Source: Parcubacteria group bacterium
GTDB lineage: Bacteria > Patescibacteriota > Minisyncoccia > 2-02-FULL-40-12
Direction of reading: 5' to 3'
Assembly: GCA_016186395.1 (NCBI GenBank)
Contig: JACPLU010000006.1
Span: forward strand, 7,948-71,947
DNA: 64,000 bases
Shown here piece by piece: positions 28,041 to 40,162 of this stretch (positions within the stretch are counted from its first letter, which is position 1; each line of letters opens with the position of its first letter). Both the position numbers and the translations under genes were made by a program. The notes beneath the pieces were generated by a model. It saw only the letters and a list, made by a program, of their open reading frames with translations, had not been told where the DNA came from and did not search any database.

Positions 28041-28163
28041 GATATATTAAGAATGATAGAAAAGTTCGCTTAGCGAACGGGAGACCTAGCTCCCTTTTAT
28101 CTATCTGGCAACCTACCTAAAAAGGAAAGGTGCTTAATCTAGCCCTTCGGGGAAAGATGTGTC
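28041..28163 (+). promoter_or_regulatory. SAM-I (S-box) riboswitch
   Basis: P1 atatatt/gatgtgt, gggag..ctag..ctccc, GGCAACC...AAGGTGCTTAA and ctag...AAAGATG elements directly upstream of metK. Confidence 0.8.
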
Positions 28164-28208
28164 GGATCAAAAAGATACGCAAATCTCCCTTAAGGAGGTT
28201 TTTATTTT

Positions 28209-29261
28209 ATGCCTAGACTCCTAACTGCCGAGAGTGTAACCTCTGGCCATCCGGATAAAATCTGCGATCAGATCTCTGATGGAATTTTAGACGGCTATTT
28301 ATCTCAAGACCCGCAAAGTCGGGTAGCAATTGAAACTTTTGGGACTAAAGGACTAATTGTTGTCGGTGGCGAGGCTACAACTAACAATCCGATCAATATA
28401 AAAGTACTAGTAAAAAAGATTTATCGAGAAATAGGTTACAAAGATAACCCCAGAATCCTAGTAAATATTCATCAACAATCTCCGGATATAAAAATTGGGG
28501 TTGACAGTGGAGGCGCTGGCGACCAAGGAATTATGTATGGCTACGCCACAAATGAAACAAAAGAATTTCTTCCTTTACCAATTGTATTGGCCCACAAACT
28601 TACACATGGTTTAGAGAATCTACGCCGGAATAATCCCCTATTTAGTTGGCTTGGTCCGGATGGCAAATCCCAAGTTACTGTCTTGGGCAATAAAATTCAT
28701 AAAGTTCTCATTTCTTGCCAACACTCTGAAAAAATAGATTTAAACCAAATAAAAAAACTTCTGATAAAATTCCTTGTAAATCCAACAATCGGTCCTGGCA
28801 AATATGAACTTCTTATAAATCCGACAGGGCGTTTTACTGTTGGAGGATTTCAAGCTGACACTGGCTTAACCGGTAGAAAGATAATGGTAGACACATATGG
28901 GGGGTTAATTTCTCACGGCGGGGGCTGTTTTTCCGGAAAAGATCCATCAAAAGTAGATCGGTCCGCAGCTTATATGGCCCGTTTCGCCGCTAAAAACATT
29001 GTCGCCAACAATTATGCGTCCCGATGCCAAGTGAGTGTTGCCTATGCCATAGGCAGAAGCGAACCGCTAATGCTGGAGACAGAAACCTTTGGAACTGGAG
29101 ACCCCAAAAAAACAAAACAACTATTGAAAAGGAATTTTAACTTTTCACCAAGAGAAATTATAAAAACTTTGGGTCTCCTTAAACCTATTTATAAATCAAC
29201 TGCGGTATACGGACATTTTGGCAATAAAGATTATCCTTGGGAACAAATAGTAAAAATCTAA
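28209..29261 (+). CDS. metK: S-adenosylmethionine synthetase
   Basis: ESVTSGHPDK, GAGDQG, GLTGRK and GGGCFSGKD motifs. Confidence 0.97.
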   Translation: MPRLLTAESVTSGHPDKICDQISDGILDGYLSQDPQSRVAIETFGTKGLIVVGGEATTNNPINIKVLVKKIYREIGYKDNPRILVNIHQQSPDIKIGVDSGGAGDQGIMYGYATNETKEFLPLPIVLAHKLTHGLENLRRNNPLFSWLGPDGKSQVTVLGNKIHKVLISCQHSEKIDLNQIKKLLIKFLVNPTIGPGKYELLINPTGRFTVGGFQADTGLTGRKIMVDTYGGLISHGGGCFSGKDPSKVDRSAAYMARFAAKNIVANNYASRCQVSVAYAIGRSEPLMLETETFGTGDPKKTKQLLKRNFNFSPREIIKTLGLLKPIYKSTAVYGHFGNKDYPWEQIVKI

Positions 29262-29271
29262 TGTTCTTGTC

Positions 29272-31113
29272 TTAAGTATTGGTCTTTTTGCTTCTGGCCC
29301 TATCATTTTTAGTAAGAGACTTTTTACGCAAACGAATAGACTTTGGAGTAACTTCCAAAAGCTCATCATCTTCTATAAAATCTAAGGCTTCTTCAAGCGT
29401 AAAAATAGTTGGTGGTGCAAGGGTAATCGCGTCGTCTGAAGATTTTGAACGCATATTAGTTAAAACCTTTCCTTTGCAAACATTTATTTCAATATCTTCT
29501 TTCCTACTATTAAGACCTACTATCATGCCCTCATAAACCTGTGTTGTTGGTTCAACAAAAGTAATGCCCCTGCCTTGAGCGACCTCCAATCCAAACGCAA
29601 CCGCTTTTCCTGTTTCAGAAGCGAGCAAAACACCATTTCTCATTCTTGGTAATTGGGCGCCAAGTTTTCTGTATCCTAATAGAACACTATTTATAACCGC
29701 CGTACCCTTTGTTTCTCTGACGAGAATACTTCTTAAACCAAGGAAATTCTGTGTACTGACGTGATACACCAGTCTTGAATAACCGTTATTATGATTCACT
29801 AAATCAACCAAGTCGGATTTTCTTTTTCCAAATTCGGTTGTTATAACCCCGACAAATTCTTCAGGTATATCAATTGTAATTTCTTCAAACGGTTCTTGCT
29901 TTTCTCCATTCACTTCTTTAACGATCACCTCGGGTCTGGAAATTTCCAATTCAAAACCCTCACGACGCAAAGTTTCAATTAGAATAGACAAATGCAACTC
30001 ACCTCTACCGGAAACTAAAAAATCTGTGCCTCCGACATCGACCATACGCATACCAACATTAGTCTCTATTTCCCTATGCAAACGTTCGCCTATTTGGCGA
30101 GATGTAACATAACTTCCCTCTTGCCCTTTAAACGGCGACGTATTGGGTCCAATTCTGATTCTCAAAGTTGGCTCCTCAATCTTAATTGTCGGCAATGCTT
30201 CAGGATTATTGGGATCAGCAACGGTCATGCCGATATGAGAATCCGACAAACCAGTAACAGCCACAATTTCTCCAGCACTTGCACCCTGAACTTCAAGTTT
30301 TTTCAGTCCATCAAATAAAAATATTTTATCAACCTGGGCATTGGTCTTAAAACCGTCATGGCCTATTACAGTAACGGATTGCCCCGGTTTAATACTGCCT
30401 CTTAAAATTCTACCGATTGTATACTTGCCCTGATAACTGTCTTGATCAAGATTAGTAACCAGCATCTGTAAAGACAAATCAACATCAACTTCCGGGGCCG
30501 GTATAAAATTTATTATTTCTTCAAAAAGAGGTTTTAAATCGGCAGCACCTAATACTTCTTCGTTGCTTGGAATATGATTCCAAGCCTTTCCCTCACGGCC
30601 TATGGCATAAATAACTGGAAAATCTAAATGGTGATCTTCTTCTGATAAGTGCAAAAAAAGATTTCCGACTTCATCTACGGTACGTTTTATATCAGCTCCG
30701 GATTTATCAATTTTATTTATGACAACAATAATCCTAAGATTTAATTCTATTGCCTTTTTAAGAACAAATTTTGTCTGAGGCATAGGCCCTTCTTGAGCGT
30801 CAACTAAAAGCAAAGCTCCGTCTGCCATATTTAAGGTGCGCTCTACCTCCCCTCCGAAATCAGCATGGCCAGGCGTATCAATTATATTAATTTTTATCCC
30901 GTTATACTTTACAGATGTATTTTTAGCCAAAATCGTTATTCCCCTCTCACGTTCCAAGTCATTTGAGTCCATAATTAAATCTTTGGTTAATTCCTCTGCT
31001 TTCGCATGAAAAGTATTTGACTGTTTCAACAAAAAATCAACCAGAGTTGTTTTTCCATGGTCTACGTGGGCAATGATAGCAATATTTCTTAAATTTGATA
31101 CTTTTTCTTTCAT
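29272..31113 (-). CDS. typA: Translational GTPase TypA/BipA
   Basis: AHVDHGKTT, DTPGHADFGGEVER, GRGELHL and EVTPKSIRLRK motifs. Confidence 0.97.
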   Translation of the reverse strand: MKEKVSNLRNIAIIAHVDHGKTTLVDFLLKQSNTFHAKAEELTKDLIMDSNDLERERGITILAKNTSVKYNGIKINIIDTPGHADFGGEVERTLNMADGALLLVDAQEGPMPQTKFVLKKAIELNLRIIVVINKIDKSGADIKRTVDEVGNLFLHLSEEDHHLDFPVIYAIGREGKAWNHIPSNEEVLGAADLKPLFEEIINFIPAPEVDVDLSLQMLVTNLDQDSYQGKYTIGRILRGSIKPGQSVTVIGHDGFKTNAQVDKIFLFDGLKKLEVQGASAGEIVAVTGLSDSHIGMTVADPNNPEALPTIKIEEPTLRIRIGPNTSPFKGQEGSYVTSRQIGERLHREIETNVGMRMVDVGGTDFLVSGRGELHLSILIETLRREGFELEISRPEVIVKEVNGEKQEPFEEITIDIPEEFVGVITTEFGKRKSDLVDLVNHNNGYSRLVYHVSTQNFLGLRSILVRETKGTAVINSVLLGYRKLGAQLPRMRNGVLLASETGKAVAFGLEVAQGRGITFVEPTTQVYEGMIVGLNSRKEDIEINVCKGKVLTNMRSKSSDDAITLAPPTIFTLEEALDFIEDDELLEVTPKSIRLRKKSLTKNDRARSKKTNT

Positions 31114-31336
31114 TTGTAACTTAAGACCCCGTCGTTAAGGGGTCAGTTGCTTTTATTATAACACACTTAGAAATACTAAACAACGTCAAAATCAGGGGTA
31201 TTCCACGCACATATTATGCCTTAAAACCTAATTTCTTCCACAATATGTATGTGAATAGAGCTTAATAAATTTGACAACAATACCACATAGTGCTACTATT
31301 TCTTTAAATCTTTTAAGCGTTACGGAGGAATGTGTG

Positions 31337-31591
31337 ATGAAAAAAGAAAAAATCACCCACACATACGATGAAATTAATGCCTTAAAAAACCCCTATTTTG
31401 TGGACTGGCTGAAGAACTATGATAAAGAATTGAAACGCCTTTCAAATTTTGAACTCTTGTCTGAACATGCGAACTCTGCTATTCGTGATGGGGGAACATC
31501 CGAAGTACTTGGCTTTCGAAGCCTACAAAAAAAACATGCTGAAAATGAAATACTTAGACGAATGAATCAGAAGAGGGTCAAAAAGCAATAA
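31337..31591 (+). CDS. Hypothetical protein (start likely ATG 31337)
   Basis: GGAGGA SD upstream and a hairpin with T run downstream. Confidence 0.6.
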   Translation: MKKEKITHTYDEINALKNPYFVDWLKNYDKELKRLSNFELLSEHANSAIRDGGTSEVLGFRSLQKKHAENEILRRMNQKRVKKQ

Positions 31592-31735
31592 ATAATCGAT
31601 ATTTGAACAAAGATTGGCAAAAGCGCAAATGCGCTTTTTTTCTTTCCAAACTTAAGATACATACAGAACTTTAAAAATGATTATTTAAGAAAATGGACAT
31701 TTGAATAAATATAAACTTAATCCTATAATATTCTT

Positions 31736-32191
31736 ATGGCTAAACCCTTAAGTCTTGAAGAGGTTAGGAAACATCATAAGCCGATAAGAAACGTTAATCT
31801 TGAACACAAAGAGAAACTTTCTAGATTAGAAAGATTTGCCGTTTGGATTACAGAACATATAGGTTCAATGGGTTTTTTCCTTCTAATTTTAGCCTGGACC
31901 ATTTTTTGGCTGTTATGGAACACGGTTGGACCAGAAGAGTCACAATTTGATCCATTTCCTGCTTTTGTTTTTTGGCTTTTTATTTCCAACATGATTCAGC
32001 TTCTTTTAATGCCCCTGATAATGATCGGACAAAACCTACAAGGCCGGCATTCAGAAGCAAGAGCGTCCGAGGATTTTGAAGTGAACATCAAAGCAGAAAA
32101 AGAAATAGAAGTCATAGTACAGCATCTTGAGAATCAGGGCGAACTAATACAGAAGATTGCCAGTGACCTTGAGTCACTAAAACAAAAGTAA
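31736..32191 (+). CDS. DUF1003 family membrane protein
   Basis: GSMGF...FDPFP...PLIMIGQN...EDFEVNIKAEKEI. Confidence 0.85.
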   Translation: MAKPLSLEEVRKHHKPIRNVNLEHKEKLSRLERFAVWITEHIGSMGFFLLILAWTIFWLLWNTVGPEESQFDPFPAFVFWLFISNMIQLLLMPLIMIGQNLQGRHSEARASEDFEVNIKAEKEIEVIVQHLENQGELIQKIASDLESLKQK

Positions 32192-32236
32192 TTTACCGTC
32201 CTAAATAAAAAACCCCACGGCTAAGTCAGGAGGTTT

Positions 32237-32806
32237 TTATTGTAAAACATGCAACTCCTTGAGAACCTTTTCAAAATTGGTAATTGCTTCTATTGAGTCC
32301 GACTGTGTAATTTTAAATTCCGGATTATGAGCAATCTGATTTCTAATCTTATGGGCAAACCACAAACCATCTATTGATTGGATCTGGTCTCGCGTAATAA
32401 GCATAAGCTTTTCTCCCATTGTTTCACCCGGATAACCGGCTTTTTCAAGAATATTGTTCACCAACGCATCAGCTTCAATTACAGCAAGTTTCCACTGGGC
32501 TTCTTTGTCTGAATCTATGTGGCGCTTAATTTCTTCCCATCTAGCCATTAATGGCCCGCCTTCGTCTGGTTTTACTGGTGTCGCTTTTAGTTGCCTTAAG
32601 CGCTCGGCAACAAACTTTCTTAATTTAATTACTAAAATTATAAAGGCGACTCCAAAAACAATTGAAATAAAAAGAGATAGCTTTTTTATGAAAATTAATA
32701 AATCTGAACTAAAACCGCCGTCCTGAAACGTCCCAACTGCTTGGGCAACATAAAACTTACCTGAATCTAAAAGTGAAATTAAATCTGGAGAAAAATTCGT
32801 AGGCAT
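32237..32806 (-). CDS. Conserved hypothetical single-TM protein
   Basis: WKLAVIEAD...GETMGEKL...AHKIRNQIAH; coupled to gatA. Confidence 0.75.
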   Translation of the reverse strand: MPTNFSPDLISLLDSGKFYVAQAVGTFQDGGFSSDLLIFIKKLSLFISIVFGVAFIILVIKLRKFVAERLRQLKATPVKPDEGGPLMARWEEIKRHIDSDKEAQWKLAVIEADALVNNILEKAGYPGETMGEKLMLITRDQIQSIDGLWFAHKIRNQIAHNPEFKITQSDSIEAITNFEKVLKELHVLQ

Positions 32807-34230
32807 TATTGTGGGTTCAATGATTGTTCCAATGAATATGCTGTTTTTAAAATTGTAGCCTCATCAAAAGGTTTTCCTATTATCTGAAAACCAACAGGAA
32901 GATCTTTATTTTCAATTCTAACACTTCCGCAAGGAATAGAAATTGCCGGCAAACCAGCCAAATTAACTGGAACAGTATAAATATCAGATAAATACATTGA
33001 AACTGGATCTTCTGCTTTCTCTCCTATTTTAAAAGCGGTTGTTGGAGCAGTTGGCCCAACAATTACGTCCACTTTTAAAAACGCATCGTCAAAATCTTTT
33101 TTAATTAGTGCACGGACTTTTTGAGCTTTTAAATAATAGGCATCGTAATAGCCGGAAGATAGAGCAAAGGCACCAAGCATAATACGACGTTTAGTTTCTT
33201 GCCCAAATCCTTCACCACGGCTTTTAGCATAGACTTCAAACAAATCTTTTGCGTGTGTTGACGAATGGCCATAACGAATTCCATCAAGACGGGCCAAATT
33301 TGCAGAAACTTCCGATGGTAAAATTATATAATAAGCCGCTAAAGCATACTCAGAATGAGGCAAAGAAATGTCTATTATTTCTGCGCCCAAAGACTTTAAC
33401 TTAGAAATCGCTGATTCCACTTTTATTTTTACTTCCGGATCTAAACCTTTGCCAAAGTATTCTTTGGGTACACCAACTTTTAATCCTTTAATAATTCCGT
33501 CTAAACCTTTTGTAAAATCCGGCACATTTAAATCTATCGTTGTGGAATCAAACACATCTTTACCAACTATAACGCTTAAAACTGTGGCTGAATCATAAAC
33601 CTTTTTTGTAAATGAACCAATCTGATCCAAAGACGAAGCAAGAGCGATCAGACCATGCCGCGATACCCGACCATAAGTTGGTTTTAATCCGACCACGCCA
33701 CAAAAAGAAGCCGGCTGACGAATTGATCCACCAGTATCAGAACCAAGAGCAAAAACACATAAATCTGCGGCTACGGCCGCGGCTGAACCACCAGAGCTTC
33801 CACCCGGGACACGCGACACATCGTGTGGATTCTTGCTTGGTCCAAAAGCAGAATTCTCTGTTGATGAACCCATGGCAAATTCATCCATATTTGTTTTACC
33901 TAAAAAAGTCACACCTGACATTTTTAATTTTGAAATAACCGTAGCATCGTAAGCTGAAACGTAATTTTCCAGAATCTTTGAACCGGCAGTACAAATAGTC
34001 CCGTCAATTAAAATATTGTCCTTAACGGCACATGGAACACCAGACAACGGCATAGCCGCTGAATTTTCAATTTTCAATTTACAATTTTCAAATATAGATA
34101 AATAAGCATTTAATTCTTTATTCTCTTTTTCTATTTTTTTATAGTAATGCTTAAAAATTTCTTCAGCTGAAAAATCGCCTTTTTTAAGACCTTCCTTGAC
34201 TGATTCAATTGTAAAACTTATATTTAGCAT
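32806..34230 (-). CDS. gatA: Asp/Glu-tRNA amidotransferase subunit A
   Basis: [21 protein letters not shown] and [11 protein letters not shown] motifs. Confidence 0.98.
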   Translation of the reverse strand: MLNISFTIESVKEGLKKGDFSAEEIFKHYYKKIEKENKELNAYLSIFENCKLKIENSAAMPLSGVPCAVKDNILIDGTICTAGSKILENYVSAYDATVISKLKMSGVTFLGKTNMDEFAMGSSTENSAFGPSKNPHDVSRVPGGSSGGSAAAVAADLCVFALGSDTGGSIRQPASFCGVVGLKPTYGRVSRHGLIALASSLDQIGSFTKKVYDSATVLSVIVGKDVFDSTTIDLNVPDFTKGLDGIIKGLKVGVPKEYFGKGLDPEVKIKVESAISKLKSLGAEIIDISLPHSEYALAAYYIILPSEVSANLARLDGIRYGHSSTHAKDLFEVYAKSRGEGFGQETKRRIMLGAFALSSGYYDAYYLKAQKVRALIKKDFDDAFLKVDVIVGPTAPTTAFKIGEKAEDPVSMYLSDIYTVPVNLAGLPAISIPCGSVRIENKDLPVGFQIIGKPFDEATILKTAYSLEQSLNPQ

Positions 34231-34246
34231 AATTGCTGTTTAAAAA

Positions 34247-34576
34247 TTGGAGGCACGAAATATGGTATCGCATCTCAGAAAACCCACCATACCACTTACT
34301 AAAAAACAAATTAAAATGGGACCGCCTCGTTTCATAAATAAAACTGAATTTAAAAATTTACTGAGAAAAGAACTAAAGAAAAAATATGATGGACCTGTTG
34401 GTTTTGATATAGTATCCATTGCTGATATTTATCGTAAGTTAAAAAAGAAGCATCGTCACATCAATTTAACCAGTGAAGAAATTTCAAAATTTATAAATAT
34501 TCTTATTGAAAACTGGGTTATCGACTTAAAACTTGATATAGTAACAAGGGAAGTTTATTTTTGTTTTAACGAATAA
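34247..34576 (+). CDS. Hypothetical basic protein (possible winged helix), antisense between gatC and gatA
   Basis: 109-aa ORF; GGAGG precedes ATG 34262, the likely real start. Confidence 0.6.
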   Translation: MEARNMVSHLRKPTIPLTKKQIKMGPPRFINKTEFKNLLRKELKKKYDGPVGFDIVSIADIYRKLKKKHRHINLTSEEISKFINILIENWVIDLKLDIVTREVYFCFNE

Positions 34577-34578
34577 CT

Positions 34579-34893
34579 CTATTTCTTATGCTCCAAAACA
34601 GATTTAACTTTAACAAATCTACCTTCGTGTTCCGGAGTCTGACCAATTAATTTATTTGTTAAATCCTCGTCCATTACAAAACTATTTCTTGGTTCATCGC
34701 TTCGATAAGAATTTGATAATCCAGTTGTTTGATACAATGGCTCTATGTTTTCAGTATCTACCTTATTTAACTGATCTATAAAATCTAAAATCTTCGCCAA
34801 TTCCTTGGCGAATTTTTCTTTTTCAACTTCAGTTAATTCAATCCTGGCGAGTCTTGCAATATGCTCTACATCAATAACAGATTTAGAACTCAA
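34579..34893 (-). CDS. gatC: Asp/Glu-tRNA amidotransferase subunit C
   Basis: VEHIARLARIEL...ILDFIDQLNKVDT...FVKVKSV. Confidence 0.95.
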   Translation of the reverse strand: MSSKSVIDVEHIARLARIELTEVEKEKFAKELAKILDFIDQLNKVDTENIEPLYQTTGLSNSYRSDEPRNSFVMDEDLTNKLIGQTPEHEGRFVKVKSVLEHKK

Positions 34894-34971
34894 AGCTAAA
34901 TGACTAATGACTAAAGACTAGGGCTTTTTTGATATTTTTAACTTTAGTCTTTGGACTTTAGACGCTAGACT
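34894..34971. repeat. Empty inverted heptamer array upstream of gatC
   Basis: gactaat-gactaaa-gactagg ... ctttagt-ctttgga-ctttaga-cgctaga. Confidence 0.85.
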
Positions 34972-35010
34972 ACAATTACTAATTTACCATGATTTTCCCA
35001 AACAAAAAAG

Positions 35011-35050
35011 CCCAGCCGTATTTTGGAAAACTTCTCAAAATACGGCTGGG
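35011..35050 (-). terminator. 14-bp stem hairpin downstream of the second DGR-target-like gene
   Basis: cccagccgtatttt ... aaaatacggctggg, followed by a T run on the minus strand. Confidence 0.8.
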
Positions 35051-35080
35051 TCAAGAGCCAAAACCCAAGAATCCAAGTGC

Positions 35081-35605
35081 CTATACTTTCCCGCTTCGCC
35101 AAAGCTCCAGCGAGGCGAGTCCGCTTCGCCTTCGGCTCAGCGAGACAAGCGAAACAATCTGGCCGCTAGCAACCCAATCATGCGGGTAATCAAAAGAGTT
35201 AGCATAGACGCACCATCCGTCACGGCTGACCGGGCCATAACCTCGACTCACGCTCACGGCCCACAGTTCCCCATTTAGACCTCGAAGGAAAAAAATGAAC
35301 CACGCTTGAGTTTCACGCCTACTCGCAAGAAATTGCTTAAATTGAGAAACTGACAACTCGACTTTAACGCCAAGCAATTTAAGGATTAGGGCACTAGATG
35401 CTTGGCTTCCAAGATTATGAATGTCGAATTCGCCTTTATCTTTATTAGTTTCTTTGATTTCCAGACCCAAGAACTGAGTTTGAAAATTTTTGTCCATAAA
35501 AACTATTCCGGCTTCCTCAAAATATTCCTTAGAGGTGATGCGAGGTTGAACGCCAACCCTTATCGTACCCAAACGTTTAAGTATCCCGTCCTTAGATTTA
35601 GCCAT
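35081..35605 (-). CDS. Putative DGR-target-like protein (VR-like C terminus; cognate TR not in window)
   Basis: ELWAVSV...GWCVYANSFDYPHDW...QIVS C terminus; 3' flank architecture like that of the proven target; GGAGG SD. Confidence 0.6.
   Translation of the reverse strand: MAKSKDGILKRLGTIRVGVQPRITSKEYFEEAGIVFMDKNFQTQFLGLEIKETNKDKGEFDIHNLGSQASSALILKLLGVKVELSVSQFKQFLASRRETQAWFIFFLRGLNGELWAVSVSRGYGPVSRDGWCVYANSFDYPHDWVASGQIVSLVSLSRRRSGLASLELWRSGKV
35091..35150. repeat. Two 30-bp palindromic units (ccgcttcgcc...agcgag) in the 3' end of the gene
   Basis: 35091-35120 and 35121-35150 are imperfect direct copies; a related unit lies at about 50546-50576. Confidence 0.8.
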
Positions 35606-35922
35606 TTTTACTTCTTCCTCCTATAAAAATGATTATTTGAACGTGCCCTTACTCAATACCATATCTACTGGGATAACGCAATAGCTAGCATGTGGTTTAT
35701 TTTTAAGGAAATCGAGGGACGCAGAACAGGATAACATAAATTAAAGAAGCGAAGTTCTATATTTTCAGGTATTTGTAACTTGAGATTGCTTGGCTCTTTT
35801 CTGCAGGCAGAAAAGAAATCTAAAGTTACACATAGCAAATTTCTCGCAGGTCAAGGCGAAGGTTCACGCAAAACGGGAATCGCCTCAAGAAATTTGCGTG
35901 CCTGAAAGTATAGGACGAGCGA

Positions 35923-37980
<2,058 letters not shown>

Positions 37981-37996
37981 CTACGAAAAATTTTAA

Positions 37997-38371
37997 TTAG
38001 AAAGCCTCATTAACCTCAAGTGCTCTGTTAATACCGTTTACAATTCCCACTGACCTGAGGCTTTGAGAACCAAGTGGTATAATTTGAAACTGAACTCCAT
38101 TAGATAAAGTAACTGGAACTGAAACACCGGGACAATTAGATATGGATTGTGGCGGTGTTTGCTGTTTTCTTACACTGTAAAGACAGGACTCAATTCCGCT
38201 ATCTGCCGCGAAGATTGACTCCAATGAATCCGATGATTCTTTAATCAGCTTCAACTTACCTATAAAAATAGTAGATAGCACAAAAACAATAGCCAACGCA
38301 ACGCTCACTAACAAAAGTGTATATATAATTGCTATACCTTGTGACTGGTTAAAAAATATTTTATCTTTCAA
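37997..38371 (-). CDS. PilX-like minor pilin
   Basis: QG|IAIIY leader, TM segment and AADSGIE. Confidence 0.75.
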   Translation of the reverse strand: MKDKIFFNQSQGIAIIYTLLLVSVALAIVFVLSTIFIGKLKLIKESSDSLESIFAADSGIESCLYSVRKQQTPPQSISNCPGVSVPVTLSNGVQFQIIPLGSQSLRSVGIVNGINRALEVNEAF

Positions 38372-38937
38372 TCTTTTACAAATCTTGGGGAAAGTGAAGT
38401 TTGTAAATCAATACTGACTTCATCTTTACCTATACCGGCACTAAATCCAATTAAAACTGTAATTCGCGGTTGAGCCAAATCATTATAAGCATTGTTTTTA
38501 ACACAGAAATTAAGCGACTTTACCTGAACGTCGTTAGAGGTTAGCTGACCAGTTAAACCACCAACGGTTCTGTTAATTACCTGACCGGCCAAAGAGTAAA
38601 CCACGGTTCCATTAATCGGATGCTGAAAGGTTAAAGAAGTTTGAGAAGAAGCACTAGTACAGGAAGTATCAGGAATTCTCTGAAAATTATCTTGACACGC
38701 AGGATCGGTTGATATGCAATTTGCAACTCTTAATTCTCTGCCCATGATCTCAAAAATAAATTGAGCATTTTCTTGTATCTTTTGTATATTCAATGATTTG
38801 CCTTGCGTTCTAATCATAGATACAAAAATCGCACCCGTTATCGTCACTAAAATCCCTAGTGCAAACATGCCTATTATAAGTTCAACAAGAGAAAATCCTT
38901 TACTGAATATGAAATATTTTTTGAAAATTCCTTTCAT
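38368..38937 (-). CDS. Prepilin-type minor pilin (PilW-like)
   Basis: KG|FSLVEL N-methylation motif. Confidence 0.85.
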   Translation of the reverse strand: MKGIFKKYFIFSKGFSLVELIIGMFALGILVTITGAIFVSMIRTQGKSLNIQKIQENAQFIFEIMGRELRVANCISTDPACQDNFQRIPDTSCTSASSQTSLTFQHPINGTVVYSLAGQVINRTVGGLTGQLTSNDVQVKSLNFCVKNNAYNDLAQPRITVLIGFSAGIGKDEVSIDLQTSLSPRFVKD

Positions 38938-38951
38938 AGCTGTACTTTAAG

Positions 38952-39455
38952 TTACTTCCAATCAAAAAGCCTAAGTTCAGCGGGTATAGTTTTTATTCCG
39001 CCTCTAACCGGCCAACTGACCGAAACAACAATCTTCTTTTCAGATAAAGATACGTCGGTAATAGTAATTTTTCTTTTAAATTTCGTACTAGTCCCACTTG
39101 TGTATTGATAAATGCCATCCACAGAAAATTTTAAAGCTTGATTTGAATCTGGAGCTAAACTAAAACTATCCCATTGAACCTGCCAAACGCCGACTGGCAA
39201 AGCAGAACTAAAAGTTCCACCACTTATCCATTTAGAATCTCTAATATTACGAACTACTTCTAAACCTTCTTGGGCCAAATTTATGGCGACTGTTTGATCC
39301 TGAATAAGGGTGGTAATACGAGAATTTGAACTAACAAATAATGTTAGCCCCGTTGAGACAAAAGCGAGAATACCCAAAGCAACCAAAGTTTCAACTAAGG
39401 AAAACCCCACACTAAACTTTTGACTTTTGACTTTTGACTTTTGACTTTTTATCAT
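38952..39455 (-). CDS. Prepilin-type minor pilin (PilV-like)
   Basis: G|FSLVET and LAQEGLEVVRNIRD; leader made of CTTTTGA heptamer repeats. Confidence 0.85.
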   Translation of the reverse strand: MIKSQKSKVKSQKFSVGFSLVETLVALGILAFVSTGLTLFVSSNSRITTLIQDQTVAINLAQEGLEVVRNIRDSKWISGGTFSSALPVGVWQVQWDSFSLAPDSNQALKFSVDGIYQYTSGTSTKFKRKITITDVSLSEKKIVVSVSWPVRGGIKTIPAELRLFDWK

Positions 39456-40075
39456 TGTACTTCCGCTCTTCCACTTGTGTAAACAAAAATAATTTTACAG
39501 TCAGTGGTATTTATATAGCATAATTTTATTTGAAGAGGAGCAATATTAAGATTAGAATTATTATTTATATAAATTTTTGGATCAGGCGGCTCAAAAAAAA
39601 CATCTAAAAATGAAACCGAAAAGTTAACATTTTTTTCTAGAATAACTAAGGTTTGAAAAATCGTGTCTATTCCTGCCTGATAATTGTGGTTTGTATTTAA
39701 ACAATTAAGACTTTCTGTTGACCCCTTATAAATCTGATAATGAGTTGTGTCCAAGTACCGCATCCCATAACCGCAAATTTGGTTTGCTGCAAAACCTCTT
39801 CCGGCAATAGCTAATTCTTGAATCCTCCTCAAATCAGCCTGAATAGCCACAGCAGAACGTCTTACGGCCTGAAGCCTCCTTGCTTTGCTTCCAAAAGCGG
39901 ATAACAAAAATCCTGTCATCATAACAGTAATGGTAGCGATTATAATCACCTCTAAAAGAGTGAACCCCGTATCATTTTTTTGAAAAAAGTGGTGCTGGGC
40001 AAGTCCCGCCGCACTTTTTAGCTCTTTTTTGAATAATTCTGGTTTATTAAATGAAGTACTCATAGCATTAAACAC
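39452..40075 (-). CDS. Prepilin-type minor pilin (FimT/GspH-like)
   Basis: TG|FTLLEV motif. Confidence 0.8.
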   Translation of the reverse strand: MFNAMSTSFNKPELFKKELKSAAGLAQHHFFQKNDTGFTLLEVIIIATITVMMTGFLLSAFGSKARRLQAVRRSAVAIQADLRRIQELAIAGRGFAANQICGYGMRYLDTTHYQIYKGSTESLNCLNTNHNYQAGIDTIFQTLVILEKNVNFSVSFLDVFFEPPDPKIYINNNSNLNIAPLQIKLCYINTTDCKIIFVYTSGRAEVQ

Positions 40076-40162
40076 CTAATTGTTTTAAAAACCAAAAAGG
40101 GGCAACTAAGTATAGTATACCCCTCCATAAACCAAAAAAGAATACCCAGATTAGATAAAATA

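Noticed and set aside
35150-35275. Second VR of the TR at 16136-16260
   Set aside because: Only short matches (ccaatcat, ccat.cgtca); it cannot be aligned with A-only mismatches.
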